Shown: positions 49,648 through 59,519, counted from the stretch's first letter. The stretch: 64,000 bases of DNA from Candidatus Omnitrophota bacterium (GCA_037146775.1 JBAWWL010000001.1:133464-197463), one strand, 5' to 3'. Made by a program: numbers and translations. Notes: generated by a model from the letters alone, not told the origin.

Positions 49648-50013
49648 ATGATGAAGAGGATTTTGTTGGGAGTGGCTTGTCTCGCGTTAATTCTTAATTC
49701 TTTTGTTGCATATGGCCAGAATAAAGAATTTACTAAGGAGCATCTTGTCGGGCTTGCAACGCAAGCGGTAAAGGCAAAAGGGCTTGACATCAACGAGGTA
49801 GACATCATCTATGATGAAGGTGGAAAACTTTGGGCGCAAAGGCTGGGAACGGTACGTGCCGAGAATACTTCTCCAAATTACGGAATATTAAAAGAAGGTT
49901 TTTTAAAAAACTACCGGATAGTATTTTTTGATTTTAAAGAACCACTTAATGATGTGTGGGTTTTTATAGATAAAGACAGTGGTGAGGTTTTTGCCGTTTA
50001 TCAAGAACCGTAA
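49648..50013 (+). CDS. hypothetical secreted protein, PepSY-like C-terminus
   Basis: Signal peptide. The C-terminal VWVFIDKDSGEVFAVYQEP resembles PepSY repeat ends. Confidence 0.35.
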   Translation: MMKRILLGVACLALILNSFVAYGQNKEFTKEHLVGLATQAVKAKGLDINEVDIIYDEGGKLWAQRLGTVRAENTSPNYGILKEGFLKNYRIVFFDFKEPLNDVWVFIDKDSGEVFAVYQEP

Positions 50014-50122
50014 GCTTTTTGCTTTGTTTTCTGTGAGGGCGTTTTTTTTGGAGGGGACTATGGGCTGCGTTGGTATTTTTGAACGTGGTTAGGAGGGGTA
50101 TTCAAAGAGAAAGGAATAAACA

Positions 50123-50923
50123 ATGAGAAAGATCGTCTTGTTCGCGATAGCGCTTTTCATGTTTTTTGTGTGCAATGCTATTACCCAGGCAACTAATGAT
50201 ATTGCCGACGTAGTCGAGAATATCCGTGATAAAGTTTCAATAACTTTTGATGCGATTGACAATGATATGTCTCGGGCTGCACGGGAAATTTATCCGGCTG
50301 CCCGGGAGGGTTATGATACGCGAAACGTATTGAGCAGCCTTTATAAGGCGCATAAGAATATAGTGGATTGTGCCTTTGTGGATAGCGAAGGAGTGATAGC
50401 TGTCGTTGAGCCGGAGGCATACAAGAACTTTCAGGGGCAGGATATCAGCCGGCAGGAGCACGTGCAGCGATTACACCAAACGCAGAAGCCGCTGATGAGC
50501 GAGGCTTTTCTTTCTGTAGAAGGATTCCGTGCGGTAGATATTGCGTATCCCGTATTTAAGGCCGGGGCTTTCGCCGGTTCCTTGAGTATGTTGTGCGAGC
50601 CCCATATTTTTCTTTCAGGCATTATCACCCCGCTTATAAAAGGAGATAACATCGAGGTGTGGGTCATGCAGAAAGACGGTATGATTCTGTACGATCGAAA
50701 CGCAGAGGGTATCGGGAAAAATATCTTTACCGACAATGACTATCAAAATTTCCCCCAGTTATTAAATTTAGCGAAAAGAATTTCGCGGGAACGCGAAGGC
50801 CAGGGAAACTATACATTTTGGCAGGATGGGTTTGCGAAGCCGGTACAAAAAAATGCGTGCTGGGCGACCGTGGATTTTCACGGTACTCAGTGGCGCATTG
50901 TTGTGGCGGCAGCACAGCCTTAG
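50123..50923 (+). CDS. secreted Cache-like (extracytoplasmic sensor-fold) protein without output domain
   Basis: Signal peptide. ~240 aa periplasmic domain with the mixed alpha/beta pattern of sCache/dCache sensors. Weak assignment. Confidence 0.35.
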   Translation: MRKIVLFAIALFMFFVCNAITQATNDIADVVENIRDKVSITFDAIDNDMSRAAREIYPAAREGYDTRNVLSSLYKAHKNIVDCAFVDSEGVIAVVEPEAYKNFQGQDISRQEHVQRLHQTQKPLMSEAFLSVEGFRAVDIAYPVFKAGAFAGSLSMLCEPHIFLSGIITPLIKGDNIEVWVMQKDGMILYDRNAEGIGKNIFTDNDYQNFPQLLNLAKRISREREGQGNYTFWQDGFAKPVQKNACWATVDFHGTQWRIVVAAAQP

Positions 50924-50939
50924 CCACTTTTTATCTAAG

Positions 50940-51557
50940 ATGCTTTCTACCTTTATAACGAAACAATTGCAAATGTTATTGTATGGTTGCGTGTGTGTTG
51001 CGTTCTCGTTTGTTCTGTTTGAGGGGCATGCCCAAGATGCGCTTCAAGAGGGCACAAAAGAAAAACCGATATCGCTAGAGGAAATAAAAAATACTTTTGT
51101 TAATACCCTTAATGAATTGGAAACGCAAAAAGCCCAGCGCGCTCAACAGTTAGATGCCCAGTTGCAGGCGAAATTACAGTCTGTGCTTAACGAGTGGATT
51201 GAGTCGGCCAAGCAGAGTAAAGAGCGGGAGCTTAATAAACTGACGCACAACACATGGAAGAATGCGTTGATGCTGATTTCGCCTATGCCGTATGATTATT
51301 ATCTGCGTAGTTACGAATATGCTATTGCCGCGGCCGATATTATCAAAAAAGATTCGCCCTTGGCTTCTTATGGTGCGTCGGCCCAGGTCATTGAAAAACT
51401 TTGTATTGAACGTTACCACTCCGATGCAGTTTCTAGCCTTGAGCCGTATCTACATACGGTCAGTACATCCATTAAGTTGCAATTAACCTACGACGGAGAC
51501 ACATTTATTATTAAGGAAATCGAATACGGGCAGTCCAGTATCGGGCAGGGTTGGTAA
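50940..51557 (+). CDS. hypothetical secreted protein
   Basis: Internal ATG chosen to avoid an 80 nt overlap with the upstream gene. Signal peptide MLSTFITKQLQMLLYGCVCVAFSFVLFEGHA. Confidence 0.4.
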   Translation: MLSTFITKQLQMLLYGCVCVAFSFVLFEGHAQDALQEGTKEKPISLEEIKNTFVNTLNELETQKAQRAQQLDAQLQAKLQSVLNEWIESAKQSKERELNKLTHNTWKNALMLISPMPYDYYLRSYEYAIAAADIIKKDSPLASYGASAQVIEKLCIERYHSDAVSSLEPYLHTVSTSIKLQLTYDGDTFIIKEIEYGQSSIGQGW

Positions 51558-51578
51558 TTGTAGAAGAGAGACGTAGAA

Positions 51579-52133
51579 ATGTTTTTTGTCGCGAGACAAC
51601 ATAAAAAATTGACAGTAGTATTATTTATGCTGGGGTTTATTTTTAACGCGAATTTATATGCGCAGCCACTTACATCTTATGAAGAAAAATTTTATGAAGG
51701 AAACAATTATTATCATCAACAAAAATATGATGAAGCAATCAGGGCGTTCAGTAAAGCTGTCGAGTTAAACCCAACGTTTGCCGAAGCTTATAACAATCGC
51801 GGCAACTGTTATAAGGCAAAAGGCAACAGTAATCACGCCATTCTCGATTATAATGAAGCTTTGCGCTGGGCGCCTACGAGCGCTCAATTTTATGTTAACA
51901 GAGGCAGGGTCTATCTTGATCAGGAAGAATTAGGTAAGGCTTTCGCTGATTTTAGCAAAGCTATAACGCTCGATTGCAACTGTGCCGACGCTTATAGCAG
52001 TAGAGCAATTGTTTATTCTTTGCAACGCGAGTATCGTAAAGCGTGGCACGACGCTAATCATGCAGTATCATTAGGCGCTCAGATTGAAGAAAGTTTTGTG
52101 CTTAAGTTGAAAAAACTTTCCAGTGAGGAATGA
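51579..52133 (+). CDS. TPR repeat protein, secreted
   Basis: Signal peptide and four TPR units (AIRAFSKAVELNP, AYNNRGNCY, ALRWAP, AYSSRAIVY). Confidence 0.6.
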   Translation: MFFVARQHKKLTVVLFMLGFIFNANLYAQPLTSYEEKFYEGNNYYHQQKYDEAIRAFSKAVELNPTFAEAYNNRGNCYKAKGNSNHAILDYNEALRWAPTSAQFYVNRGRVYLDQEELGKAFADFSKAITLDCNCADAYSSRAIVYSLQREYRKAWHDANHAVSLGAQIEESFVLKLKKLSSEE

Positions 52134-52172
52134 CCGTAGGTATAAATTCGTATTTCGTATAGCATCAAATCT

Positions 52173-52559
52173 TTGCATATATATTTTATGGAAAACGATA
52201 AGCGAAAGGCAAGCCGTATAAAAAAACCACTGGTAGTGCAATATAGCCGTGACGGCAAAACGTGGGATATCTCTCACGTGCGTGATTTTAGCGAAACGGG
52301 CATGCAGATTACCACTACTGAAATTCTTAAGGCGGGTATAATTTTAAAGTTTCGTGTTATAATTCCGCTAGAACCATTTGATTGGTTAGAGTTTTCCGGA
52401 AAGGTGATCGTCTCTTCAGATTTAGAAGCTCCTTCCGGTACCTTGATGCCCGATTCCCATCTCACCAGGATAGAATTTATCCGTATAACAGATATACAGA
52501 AAAATTTGATGCAAAAATATATTGAATGGTTTTCCAAAAGAAAAAATAGCGAAACGTAA
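52173..52559 (+). CDS. PilZ domain protein
   Basis: RxxxR-like KRKASRIKK and DxSxxG-like DISHVRDFSETGMQI motifs. Confidence 0.55.
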   Translation: MHIYFMENDKRKASRIKKPLVVQYSRDGKTWDISHVRDFSETGMQITTTEILKAGIILKFRVIIPLEPFDWLEFSGKVIVSSDLEAPSGTLMPDSHLTRIEFIRITDIQKNLMQKYIEWFSKRKNSET

Positions 52560-52649
52560 CAACTATTCCTGCAGGTAGCGGTAATGGCCTGCGGGGTCAG
52601 ATGGCACGAAGTTATTGATAACGCCAGAAATCTGTGATATGATAAAACC

Positions 52650-53099
52650 ATGTTAGAGGAAAAAATTTATAAAGATTACATAGAGGCGTTAAAAGCAAAA
52701 GACAAGCATAAAACTGTTTTCTTGAGCTTTATGCGGGCGGAGCTTAAAAACAGCGCTCTTGCGCTTAAGAAGGATAAATTAGAAGACAATGAAGTGTTGG
52801 CTGTTTTTAAGAAACAGAAGAAACACCTTGAAGAAACAAAAGAAACGATTTCTTCTTCCGGCAGGGTTGACGCCATTAGCGAAGTAGAGCGTGAGCTTTC
52901 TCTGCTTGACGAATACTTACCTGTATCGCTTTCCGACAGTGAGCTTACGGTGATTATTGATCAGGTGATAACCGAAATTGGCGCTACCTCGGTTAAGGAT
53001 ATGGGTAGAGTAATGAAGCAGGTTATGGCAACGGCAGGTGCCCGGGCAGACGCGAAAAAAGTAAGCGACCTGGTTAGAAAAAAGCTTGTCCCTGCCTGA
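52650..53099 (+). CDS. GatB/YqeY domain protein
   Basis: The N-terminal ~80 residues (…YKDYIEALKAKDKHKTVFLSFMRAELKN…) match the YqeY family; 149 aa. Confidence 0.65.
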   Translation: MLEEKIYKDYIEALKAKDKHKTVFLSFMRAELKNSALALKKDKLEDNEVLAVFKKQKKHLEETKETISSSGRVDAISEVERELSLLDEYLPVSLSDSELTVIIDQVITEIGATSVKDMGRVMKQVMATAGARADAKKVSDLVRKKLVPA

Positions 53100-53300
53100 G
53101 TTTTTTAATACCCTGACAGATAAATTTTTTTGTCGTGGCGCTATGGATAATACAAAAGCCGCTTTTTTAAAAAGCGGCTTTTTTTCTTTCTTCGTTGTCT
53201 TTTTTGCGAGTTATGGGGCATATCGCTTGAGCGCAAGTTTTTTTTGATTAGAAAGCCAATTTTCGTTATAATAAGGATCATGGACAAGAGGGTATTGCGT

Positions 53301-53795
53301 ATGAAAAAATATGAACTTGCGGTTTCTCCGCATAAAAAATATATGCGGCTTGCGCTGAAAGAGGCAAAGAAGAATTTGACTCGTATGCATGGAGGGCCTT
53401 TTGGCGCCTGTATTGTTAGGGGCGGTAAAGTCATAGCTCTCGGCCATAACAGCGTACTTACTAATGATCCTACGGCTCATGCAGAAATAAACGCGATACG
53501 CAGCGCGGCAAAAAAGCTTAAAAGCTACGATTTGTCCGGTTGTATTATTTATTCTACTACCGAGCCCTGTCCGATGTGCTTTTCCGCTATCCATTGGGCA
53601 CGCATCGATGGCATTGTCTACGGTAATGCTATTGCTGATGCGAAAAAAATAGGATTTCATGAGCTCGGTATTTCTGCCAAAGCCATGAAGCGGCTTGGCA
53701 GAAGTTCTGTAAAAGTTATCGGTGGATTTTTGCTGCCGGAATGTAACCGTATTTTTCGCAGCTGGGCTTTGTTGGCAAATAGGGTAGTGTATTAA
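53301..53795 (+). CDS. CMP/dCMP-type deaminase (TadA/guanine deaminase-like)
   Basis: HAEINAI...TEPCPMCFSA zinc motif. Internal ATG chosen. Confidence 0.65.
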   Translation: MKKYELAVSPHKKYMRLALKEAKKNLTRMHGGPFGACIVRGGKVIALGHNSVLTNDPTAHAEINAIRSAAKKLKSYDLSGCIIYSTTEPCPMCFSAIHWARIDGIVYGNAIADAKKIGFHELGISAKAMKRLGRSSVKVIGGFLLPECNRIFRSWALLANRVVY

Positions 53796-53876
53796 TTTAA
53801 CGTATTAAGGGTTGTACACATAGTTTGGCGCGAACGTAGTGTTATTAAAAATTTTATTCCGTAAAGGCGGTGTAAC

Positions 53877-55832
53877 ATGATACATAATTTATATTTTCAA
53901 CGCATAAAGGTGGTCTTGTTCTTTGCCGCTTTTATTTTTTTCCTTTTTGGCGGAAATACTTGTTTTGCCCAGGAGAGCGAACGCATCTCGGCGTTTAAAA
54001 GCGATATACAGGTTTATAAAGACGGTTCCATGTCTGTTACCGAAACTATTACTGTGCAAAGCGCTGGTGTGTCTATCCGGCACGGTATTTATCGTGACTT
54101 TCCTGTTACTTATAAGGATAAGCTTGGCAATTCCTATACGGTTGATTTCAAAGTAACGAGTGTGTTGCGGGATGGTATGCATGAGCCTTATCACCTTCAG
54201 CCACTCTCCAACGGCGTACGCATTTATATGGGGCGAAAGGACGCGTTGTTGGCTGCCGGACAGTATACTTACGTCCTTACCTACGAAACAAACCGGCAGC
54301 TCGGCTTCTTTAAAGATTTCGACGAGTTGTACTGGAATGTGACTGGAAATGGCTGGGCCTTTACTATTGAGGAGGCAGAGGTGAGAATAAGGCTCCCTGA
54401 CGGCATATCCAGAAAAGTTCGTCTTATGGATGGCTATACCGGTTATCAAGGCTCGCGAGAAAAAAACTTTTCAGCATCGCGGGATGAATTTGGAAGAATC
54501 ATTTTTACAACTACGCAACCGCTCGGGCCTCGGCAAGGGTTGACTATCGCGGTTTCTTGGCCTAAAGGCTGCATCAGCGAACCAACCATGCAAAAGAAGT
54601 TATTTTATTTTCTAAGCGACAATCGAGGTTTATTTGTCGGCCTTCTGGGGATATTGCTTTTGTTTGTATATTATATGACGGTATGGTCCAGGGTAGGCAA
54701 GGACCCGGCATCGGGCACTATCGTGACATTATACGATCCTCCGGCAGGATTTTCTCCTGCCGCAATGCGCTATATTATGAAAATGGGTTACGACAATAAG
54801 GTGCTTACTGTGGCAGTTATTAACATGGCAGTAAAAGGATATCTTTCTATTTCTGAGGCTGATGGCGTGTTTACGATTAAAAAGAACAACGCGGATGTTT
54901 CGACGCTCACGGGCGAGGAGCGAGTTATCGCCGGTCAATTGTTGGGTCCAGACACGGCTCTTGAGCTAAAAAATACAAACCACGAAATTGTGAGCGCCGC
55001 TATCCGCAATATGAAACGTTCGCTTCAGCAGAGCTTTGAGCGAATATATTTTAATACTAATAAAGACTACTTTTTCAAAGGGCTTATCTTGTCCGCCGTT
55101 ACGGTTTTAGGAAGCGCTGCCTTAGTTTGCGTCGAGAAGTTACCCATAGCTATCTTTATGAGCATATGGTTGAGTTTTTGGTCTTTGGGGGTTACTGCTT
55201 TACTGATGCAGGTGTTTTCTTTGTGGCGGCAGATTTTTACCGCTAATCTTAAAAAATCGTCCCTGCTGGGGCAGGCAGTTTTCTTGAGTTTATTTTCCTT
55301 GCCGTTTGTGTGTGGGGAAATTATCGGCATTGGAGTACTAACTTACGCAGTATCGCCTGCGGTAGCAATACTTTTTTTGCTGGTAGCCGTAATGAATATT
55401 TTATTTTATCACTTGCTTAAAGCTCCAACGATTCAAGGCAGAAGAATCATGGATAAAATCGAAGGGTTTAAGGCGTATCTTGCGGCGGTAGAAAAGGACC
55501 GGCTCAATGTTTTATATCCTCGGGAAAAAACACCCGAGCTGTTCGAACGCTATCTGCCCTACGCATTTGCTCTCGACGTAGAACAGGCTTGGAGCGAGCA
55601 ATTTGCTGCGGTACTTGCTTCCGCTGGCAGTACCGGCCAGACATATCATCCACGCTGGTATACGGGGAGTTCTTGGAGTTCTTTCGGGGCTTCGAATTTT
55701 GCATCTAGCCTGGGGGCCTCTTTAGGCAGTGCCATAACATCGTCTTCGGCTGCTCCTGGTTCGTCTTCCGGCTCCGGCGGTGGAGGCAGCTCGGGCGGCG
55801 GCGGTGGCGGCGGTGGTGGCGGCGGCTGGTAA
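53877..55832 (+). CDS. DUF2207-like membrane protein with glycine-rich C-terminal tail
   Basis: N-terminal signal/TM, large extracytoplasmic domain, several TM helices. The tail ends in GSGGGGSSGGGGGGGGGGGW, typical of DUF2207 proteins. Confidence 0.55.
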   Translation: MIHNLYFQRIKVVLFFAAFIFFLFGGNTCFAQESERISAFKSDIQVYKDGSMSVTETITVQSAGVSIRHGIYRDFPVTYKDKLGNSYTVDFKVTSVLRDGMHEPYHLQPLSNGVRIYMGRKDALLAAGQYTYVLTYETNRQLGFFKDFDELYWNVTGNGWAFTIEEAEVRIRLPDGISRKVRLMDGYTGYQGSREKNFSASRDEFGRIIFTTTQPLGPRQGLTIAVSWPKGCISEPTMQKKLFYFLSDNRGLFVGLLGILLLFVYYMTVWSRVGKDPASGTIVTLYDPPAGFSPAAMRYIMKMGYDNKVLTVAVINMAVKGYLSISEADGVFTIKKNNADVSTLTGEERVIAGQLLGPDTALELKNTNHEIVSAAIRNMKRSLQQSFERIYFNTNKDYFFKGLILSAVTVLGSAALVCVEKLPIAIFMSIWLSFWSLGVTALLMQVFSLWRQIFTANLKKSSLLGQAVFLSLFSLPFVCGEIIGIGVLTYAVSPAVAILFLLVAVMNILFYHLLKAPTIQGRRIMDKIEGFKAYLAAVEKDRLNVLYPREKTPELFERYLPYAFALDVEQAWSEQFAAVLASAGSTGQTYHPRWYTGSSWSSFGASNFASSLGASLGSAITSSSAAPGSSSGSGGGGSSGGGGGGGGGGGW

Positions 55833-56004
55833 AGGGCTAGTATAATTTCCTGCCAAGTGTGTTTCTCCCAATACTACCTTATAATACATATTATTTATTG
55901 TGCCTTTCCCGGTTATAATTAAAAATTCGACGGCAGTTATTGCCAGGATTCCTAAGAGGGATTTAGTTTGACAGGCGCAGGTATATTTACTATAATCTAA
56001 CACA

Positions 56005-57558
56005 ATGAGTATAGAGAAATTAAACAAAATCAGCCAAAACTTTGGGTACCCTTTTCTGGAAACCAGCTTTCCTAAGCCATTGAGTATCAGAGAAATACTG
56101 GATAGTTTTGAGGAGAATAAGGAAGTCAGTGTTGCCGGCAGGTTGATGACCAAGCGGGAACATGGTAAGTCCGGCTTTGCGCATATCTGCGACCACACAG
56201 GTAAAATCCAGTTGTATGCCCAATTGAATATGCTCGGTAAATTGTACGAGCTTTTCAAGGATTTGGATATAGGAGATATTATTGGTATTAAAGGCAAGCT
56301 TTTTAAGACGAGAACCGGAGAGCTTACTGTAGCTACCGAGCATATAGTACTTTTATCAAAAACTCTGCGGCCTTTGCCGGAGAAGTGGCATGGTCTGAAA
56401 GATGTAGAGGTGAAATATCGCCAACGGTATCTCGACTTGATTGCCAACCAGGATACTAAAGAGGTTTTCATAAAGCGTTCCCGGATTATTTCTTTAACCA
56501 GAGATTTTTTTAATAATTTAAAGTACATTGAAGTAGAAACGCCGATGCTGCATCCGATCGCCGGCGGCGCCAGCGGCAGGCCGTTTATCACACATCATAA
56601 CGCAAACGATTTTGACGTATATCTGCGTATAGCTCCGGAATTATACTTGAAACGCCTTTTGGTCGGCGGGCTAGAAAAAGTTTTTGAGATTAACAGAAGT
56701 TTCCGTAACGAAGGTATTTCTACCCGGCATAGCCCCGAGTTCACGATGTTGGAGGCGTATTGCGCCTATGAGCATTATGAATACATGATGAAAGCGTGCG
56801 AAGATCTGTTTTCGTTATTGGCTAAGACCTTGCATGGTTCGCTCCTGGTGCCGTATCAGGGTGGGACGATTGATCTTACCCCGCCGTGGCAGAGAATTTC
56901 TTTCGCGCAGCTGTTTAAGGACGAGTTTGGCATCGAGCCGAGCGATTCACAGGAAATTTTCCTGGAAAAAATTACCAAGCGCTTGAATCTAACTGCCAAG
57001 GGTTTAAGCCGCAGCCAAATTTTAAATATCACGGAAGAATTGATTGAAAAACATTATCCCAAAGATAAACCGGTGTTTATCGTCGACTTTTTTACCTGGA
57101 CCTCGCCGCTGGCAAAAAAGAAAAAGGATAACCCTTATCTTGTCGAGCGTTTTGAGCTGTTTATCGCCGGGCTTGAGGTTGCTAACGCTTATTCGGAATT
57201 GAACGACCCCATAGAACAGCGTCAACGGTTTGAAAAGCAGCTTGAAGTCGAGGAAGAGCTTCCGAAAAAGATAGACAGCGATTTTCTCTTGAGCCTTGAA
57301 TATGCAATGCCTCCGGCTACGGGTTTAGGTATCGGTATGGACCGCTTAGTGATGATTCTGTTAAATCAACCCTCAATACGAGACGTAATCTTATTTCCGC
57401 TTCTCAAGCCTTTACAGGAGACGGAAAACAGAGAACAGGAGACAGAAGAAAAAGGGCAAAGAACAGAGGTCAACGGACAGAAGACAGAAGACGGAGGGCA
57501 GAAAACAGAAGGTAGAGGACAGAGGACAGAAGACAGAGGAGATAAGGCGGATTTTTAA
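56005..57558 (+). CDS. lysS: lysine--tRNA ligase (class II) with a ~45 aa C-terminal tail encoded by a heptamer-repeat element
   Basis: OB anticodon-binding N-terminus and class II motifs (…FRNEGIS…, …GLGIGMDRLVM…). After the conserved …DVILFPLLKP end, the frame continues through the GACAGAA repeats (QKTEDGGQKTEGRGQRTEDRG). Confidence 0.8.
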   Translation: MSIEKLNKISQNFGYPFLETSFPKPLSIREILDSFEENKEVSVAGRLMTKREHGKSGFAHICDHTGKIQLYAQLNMLGKLYELFKDLDIGDIIGIKGKLFKTRTGELTVATEHIVLLSKTLRPLPEKWHGLKDVEVKYRQRYLDLIANQDTKEVFIKRSRIISLTRDFFNNLKYIEVETPMLHPIAGGASGRPFITHHNANDFDVYLRIAPELYLKRLLVGGLEKVFEINRSFRNEGISTRHSPEFTMLEAYCAYEHYEYMMKACEDLFSLLAKTLHGSLLVPYQGGTIDLTPPWQRISFAQLFKDEFGIEPSDSQEIFLEKITKRLNLTAKGLSRSQILNITEELIEKHYPKDKPVFIVDFFTWTSPLAKKKKDNPYLVERFELFIAGLEVANAYSELNDPIEQRQRFEKQLEVEEELPKKIDSDFLLSLEYAMPPATGLGIGMDRLVMILLNQPSIRDVILFPLLKPLQETENREQETEEKGQRTEVNGQKTEDGGQKTEGRGQRTEDRGDKADF

Positions 57559-57680
57559 CTTCTGACATCTGACCTCTGATATCTGATATCTGACCTCTGA
57601 TTTCTGGTATCTGACACCTGACTTCTGACCTCTGACATCTGACCTCTGATATCTGGCTTCTGACATTTGGTATCTGCTCC
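57421..57680. repeat. large (~260 bp) imperfect inverted repeat: ~16 tandem GACAGAA-like heptamers, a ~19 nt spacer, then ~16 TCTGAC(C/A)-like heptamers
   Basis: Read directly from the sequence. The left arm is inside the lysS reading frame and the right arm is in the lysS-lolC intergenic space. A smaller sibling lies at 40033..40151. Confidence 0.75.
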
Positions 57681-57691
57681 CTGGATAATAT

Positions 57692-58846
57692 ATGAGAACA
57701 GAACTATTTTTAGCTCGGCGTTATCTTTTTAGAGGTAAAGCCAAACACATTTCTTTTATCGGCATTATTTCTTGTTGCGGAGTTGCCTTGGGTGTTGCGG
57801 CCTTGATCATTGTTATTTCCGTCATGAATGGTTTTGACCGTGATTTGATGGAGAGGCTGCTTAAATTCAACTACCATCTTAACATAGTAAGCTCTGAAGA
57901 AAAAACACTGCAGTTGACTCAGGAAGTATTGGCTCGGGAAAAAGGGGTGCAGTATACTTCTTTGACGCTCATGACGCAGGTTTTTGCAAAAATGGGAAAA
58001 TATTTTTATCCTTTATACGTTAAGGGAATTGACTTCAGCAATAAAAACGAAATGCACACATTTTTCCCTTATGTAAAACAACATTCCAAGGCCAACGGAT
58101 TCTTTGTCGGTGAAGGGCTCAAAATGAGGTTGTCTTTACAGGATAAGCTGGAATATTATCCTTTGGATAAAGCTTTTAAGCTAAAAGAAGAGGTTATTTG
58201 CGGCACGTTTAAAACCGGACTTTATGATATCGATAACTCTTATATTATCACCGATCTCGAAAAGGCAAAAAGCCTTTCACCGCACTATTCGTTGTCTTTG
58301 GGGGTAAAATTACAAGATCCTTATCGTGCCAATGCTGTGAGAGATATGTTGCGGAAAGAATTTGGCAATGATTTATATATCGGTACGTGGATGGACAACC
58401 AGGTGTTGCTTTCGGCATTGAAATTGGAGAAGCTTACCATGTTTGTATTGTTAAGCTTGATAACGTTAGTGGCCTCGTTTAACATTTTCGCTACGCTTAT
58501 GGTGAAAGTAGTTGAGAAAACCAAAGATATAGGAATTTTAAAAGCGCTGGGATTTACCAACAAAAGGATTTTGCTGGTGTTTAGCCTGCAGGGGCTGCTT
58601 TTAGGCTTCGTCGGCGTTCTCTTGGGTACTGGGTTGGGTTTGGGTTTGTCCCTGCTGCTGGCGAAATATCATTTCATTAAAATACCCGTGGATATTTATT
58701 ACATGGAGTATTTACCGGTTGCCATAAATTACCGCGATATAACATTTATTGGTCTGATAGGGCTTTTGTGTTCCCTGGTTTCAAGTTTGTTCCCGGCGCT
58801 GCGAGCTGCAAATTTCCAACCAAGCGAGGCGCTGCGCTATGAGTAA
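57692..58846 (+). CDS. lolC: lipoprotein-releasing system permease (LolC/LolE, FtsX-like)
   Basis: MacB_PCD-like periplasmic domain between TM1 and the C-terminal FtsX 3-TM bundle, 384 aa. Followed by lolD. Confidence 0.7.
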   Translation: MRTELFLARRYLFRGKAKHISFIGIISCCGVALGVAALIIVISVMNGFDRDLMERLLKFNYHLNIVSSEEKTLQLTQEVLAREKGVQYTSLTLMTQVFAKMGKYFYPLYVKGIDFSNKNEMHTFFPYVKQHSKANGFFVGEGLKMRLSLQDKLEYYPLDKAFKLKEEVICGTFKTGLYDIDNSYIITDLEKAKSLSPHYSLSLGVKLQDPYRANAVRDMLRKEFGNDLYIGTWMDNQVLLSALKLEKLTMFVLLSLITLVASFNIFATLMVKVVEKTKDIGILKALGFTNKRILLVFSLQGLLLGFVGVLLGTGLGLGLSLLLAKYHFIKIPVDIYYMEYLPVAINYRDITFIGLIGLLCSLVSSLFPALRAANFQPSEALRYE

Positions 58847-59519
58847 GCTATTGGACATTGTTTCTTTGACTAAACGCTATCATAACGGCACGGAAGAGGT
58901 CGCGGCGCTCTCTAGGGTGTCTTTATCTATCGACGAGGGAGATTATCTTGCGATTGTCGGCCCTTCGGGAGCGGGTAAATCAACGCTTTTACATATTATG
59001 GGCGGGCTCGATACTCCTACCGAGGGGCAGGTGTTGTTCGAATCGGGCGATATATATCGCATGTCCGATACCCAGCGGGCCCACTGGAGGAACAAAACGA
59101 TTGGTTTTGTTTTTCAGTTCTATCATCTCATTGAAGAGCTGTCGGTTGAAGAAAATATTCTGCTCACGGCAAGCTTTGTTGCGAGAAAAACCTCTTTTAA
59201 AAAATTACAGGAGTTGCTAAAATATTTAAATATGGCGCCGCGAAAGAATTTTTTCCCTTCACAGTTAAGCGGTGGAGAAAAACAGAAAGTTGCCATTGCG
59301 CGCGCGTTGATTAACGAACCGCGTATGGTATTTTGTGATGAACCGACCGGTAACTTAGACAAGGATTCTCAGGATAAGGTCGTTGGGCTCCTGGAGGAAC
59401 TTAACCGGGAAAAGAAAAAGACAATCGTTTTGGTCACTCATAATTTAGAATTGGCAAAGCGGGCTAAACGAACAGTCTTTATCAGAAGCGGAGAGGTCAT
59501 TAAAAACGCTTCAAATTAA
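58839..59519 (+). CDS. lolD: lipoprotein-releasing system ATP-binding protein
   Basis: Walker A GPSGAGKST, signature LSGGEKQK. Overlaps the lolC stop. Confidence 0.75.
   Translation: MSKLLDIVSLTKRYHNGTEEVAALSRVSLSIDEGDYLAIVGPSGAGKSTLLHIMGGLDTPTEGQVLFESGDIYRMSDTQRAHWRNKTIGFVFQFYHLIEELSVEENILLTASFVARKTSFKKLQELLKYLNMAPRKNFFPSQLSGGEKQKVAIARALINEPRMVFCDEPTGNLDKDSQDKVVGLLEELNREKKKTIVLVTHNLELAKRAKRTVFIRSGEVIKNASN

Noticed and set aside
55722-56591. 289-aa minus-strand ORF overlapping the end of the DUF2207 gene and the start of lysS
   Set aside because: It is antisense to lysS over most of its length, and its N-terminus is a translation of the Gly-codon repeat on the opposite strand. No independent support.
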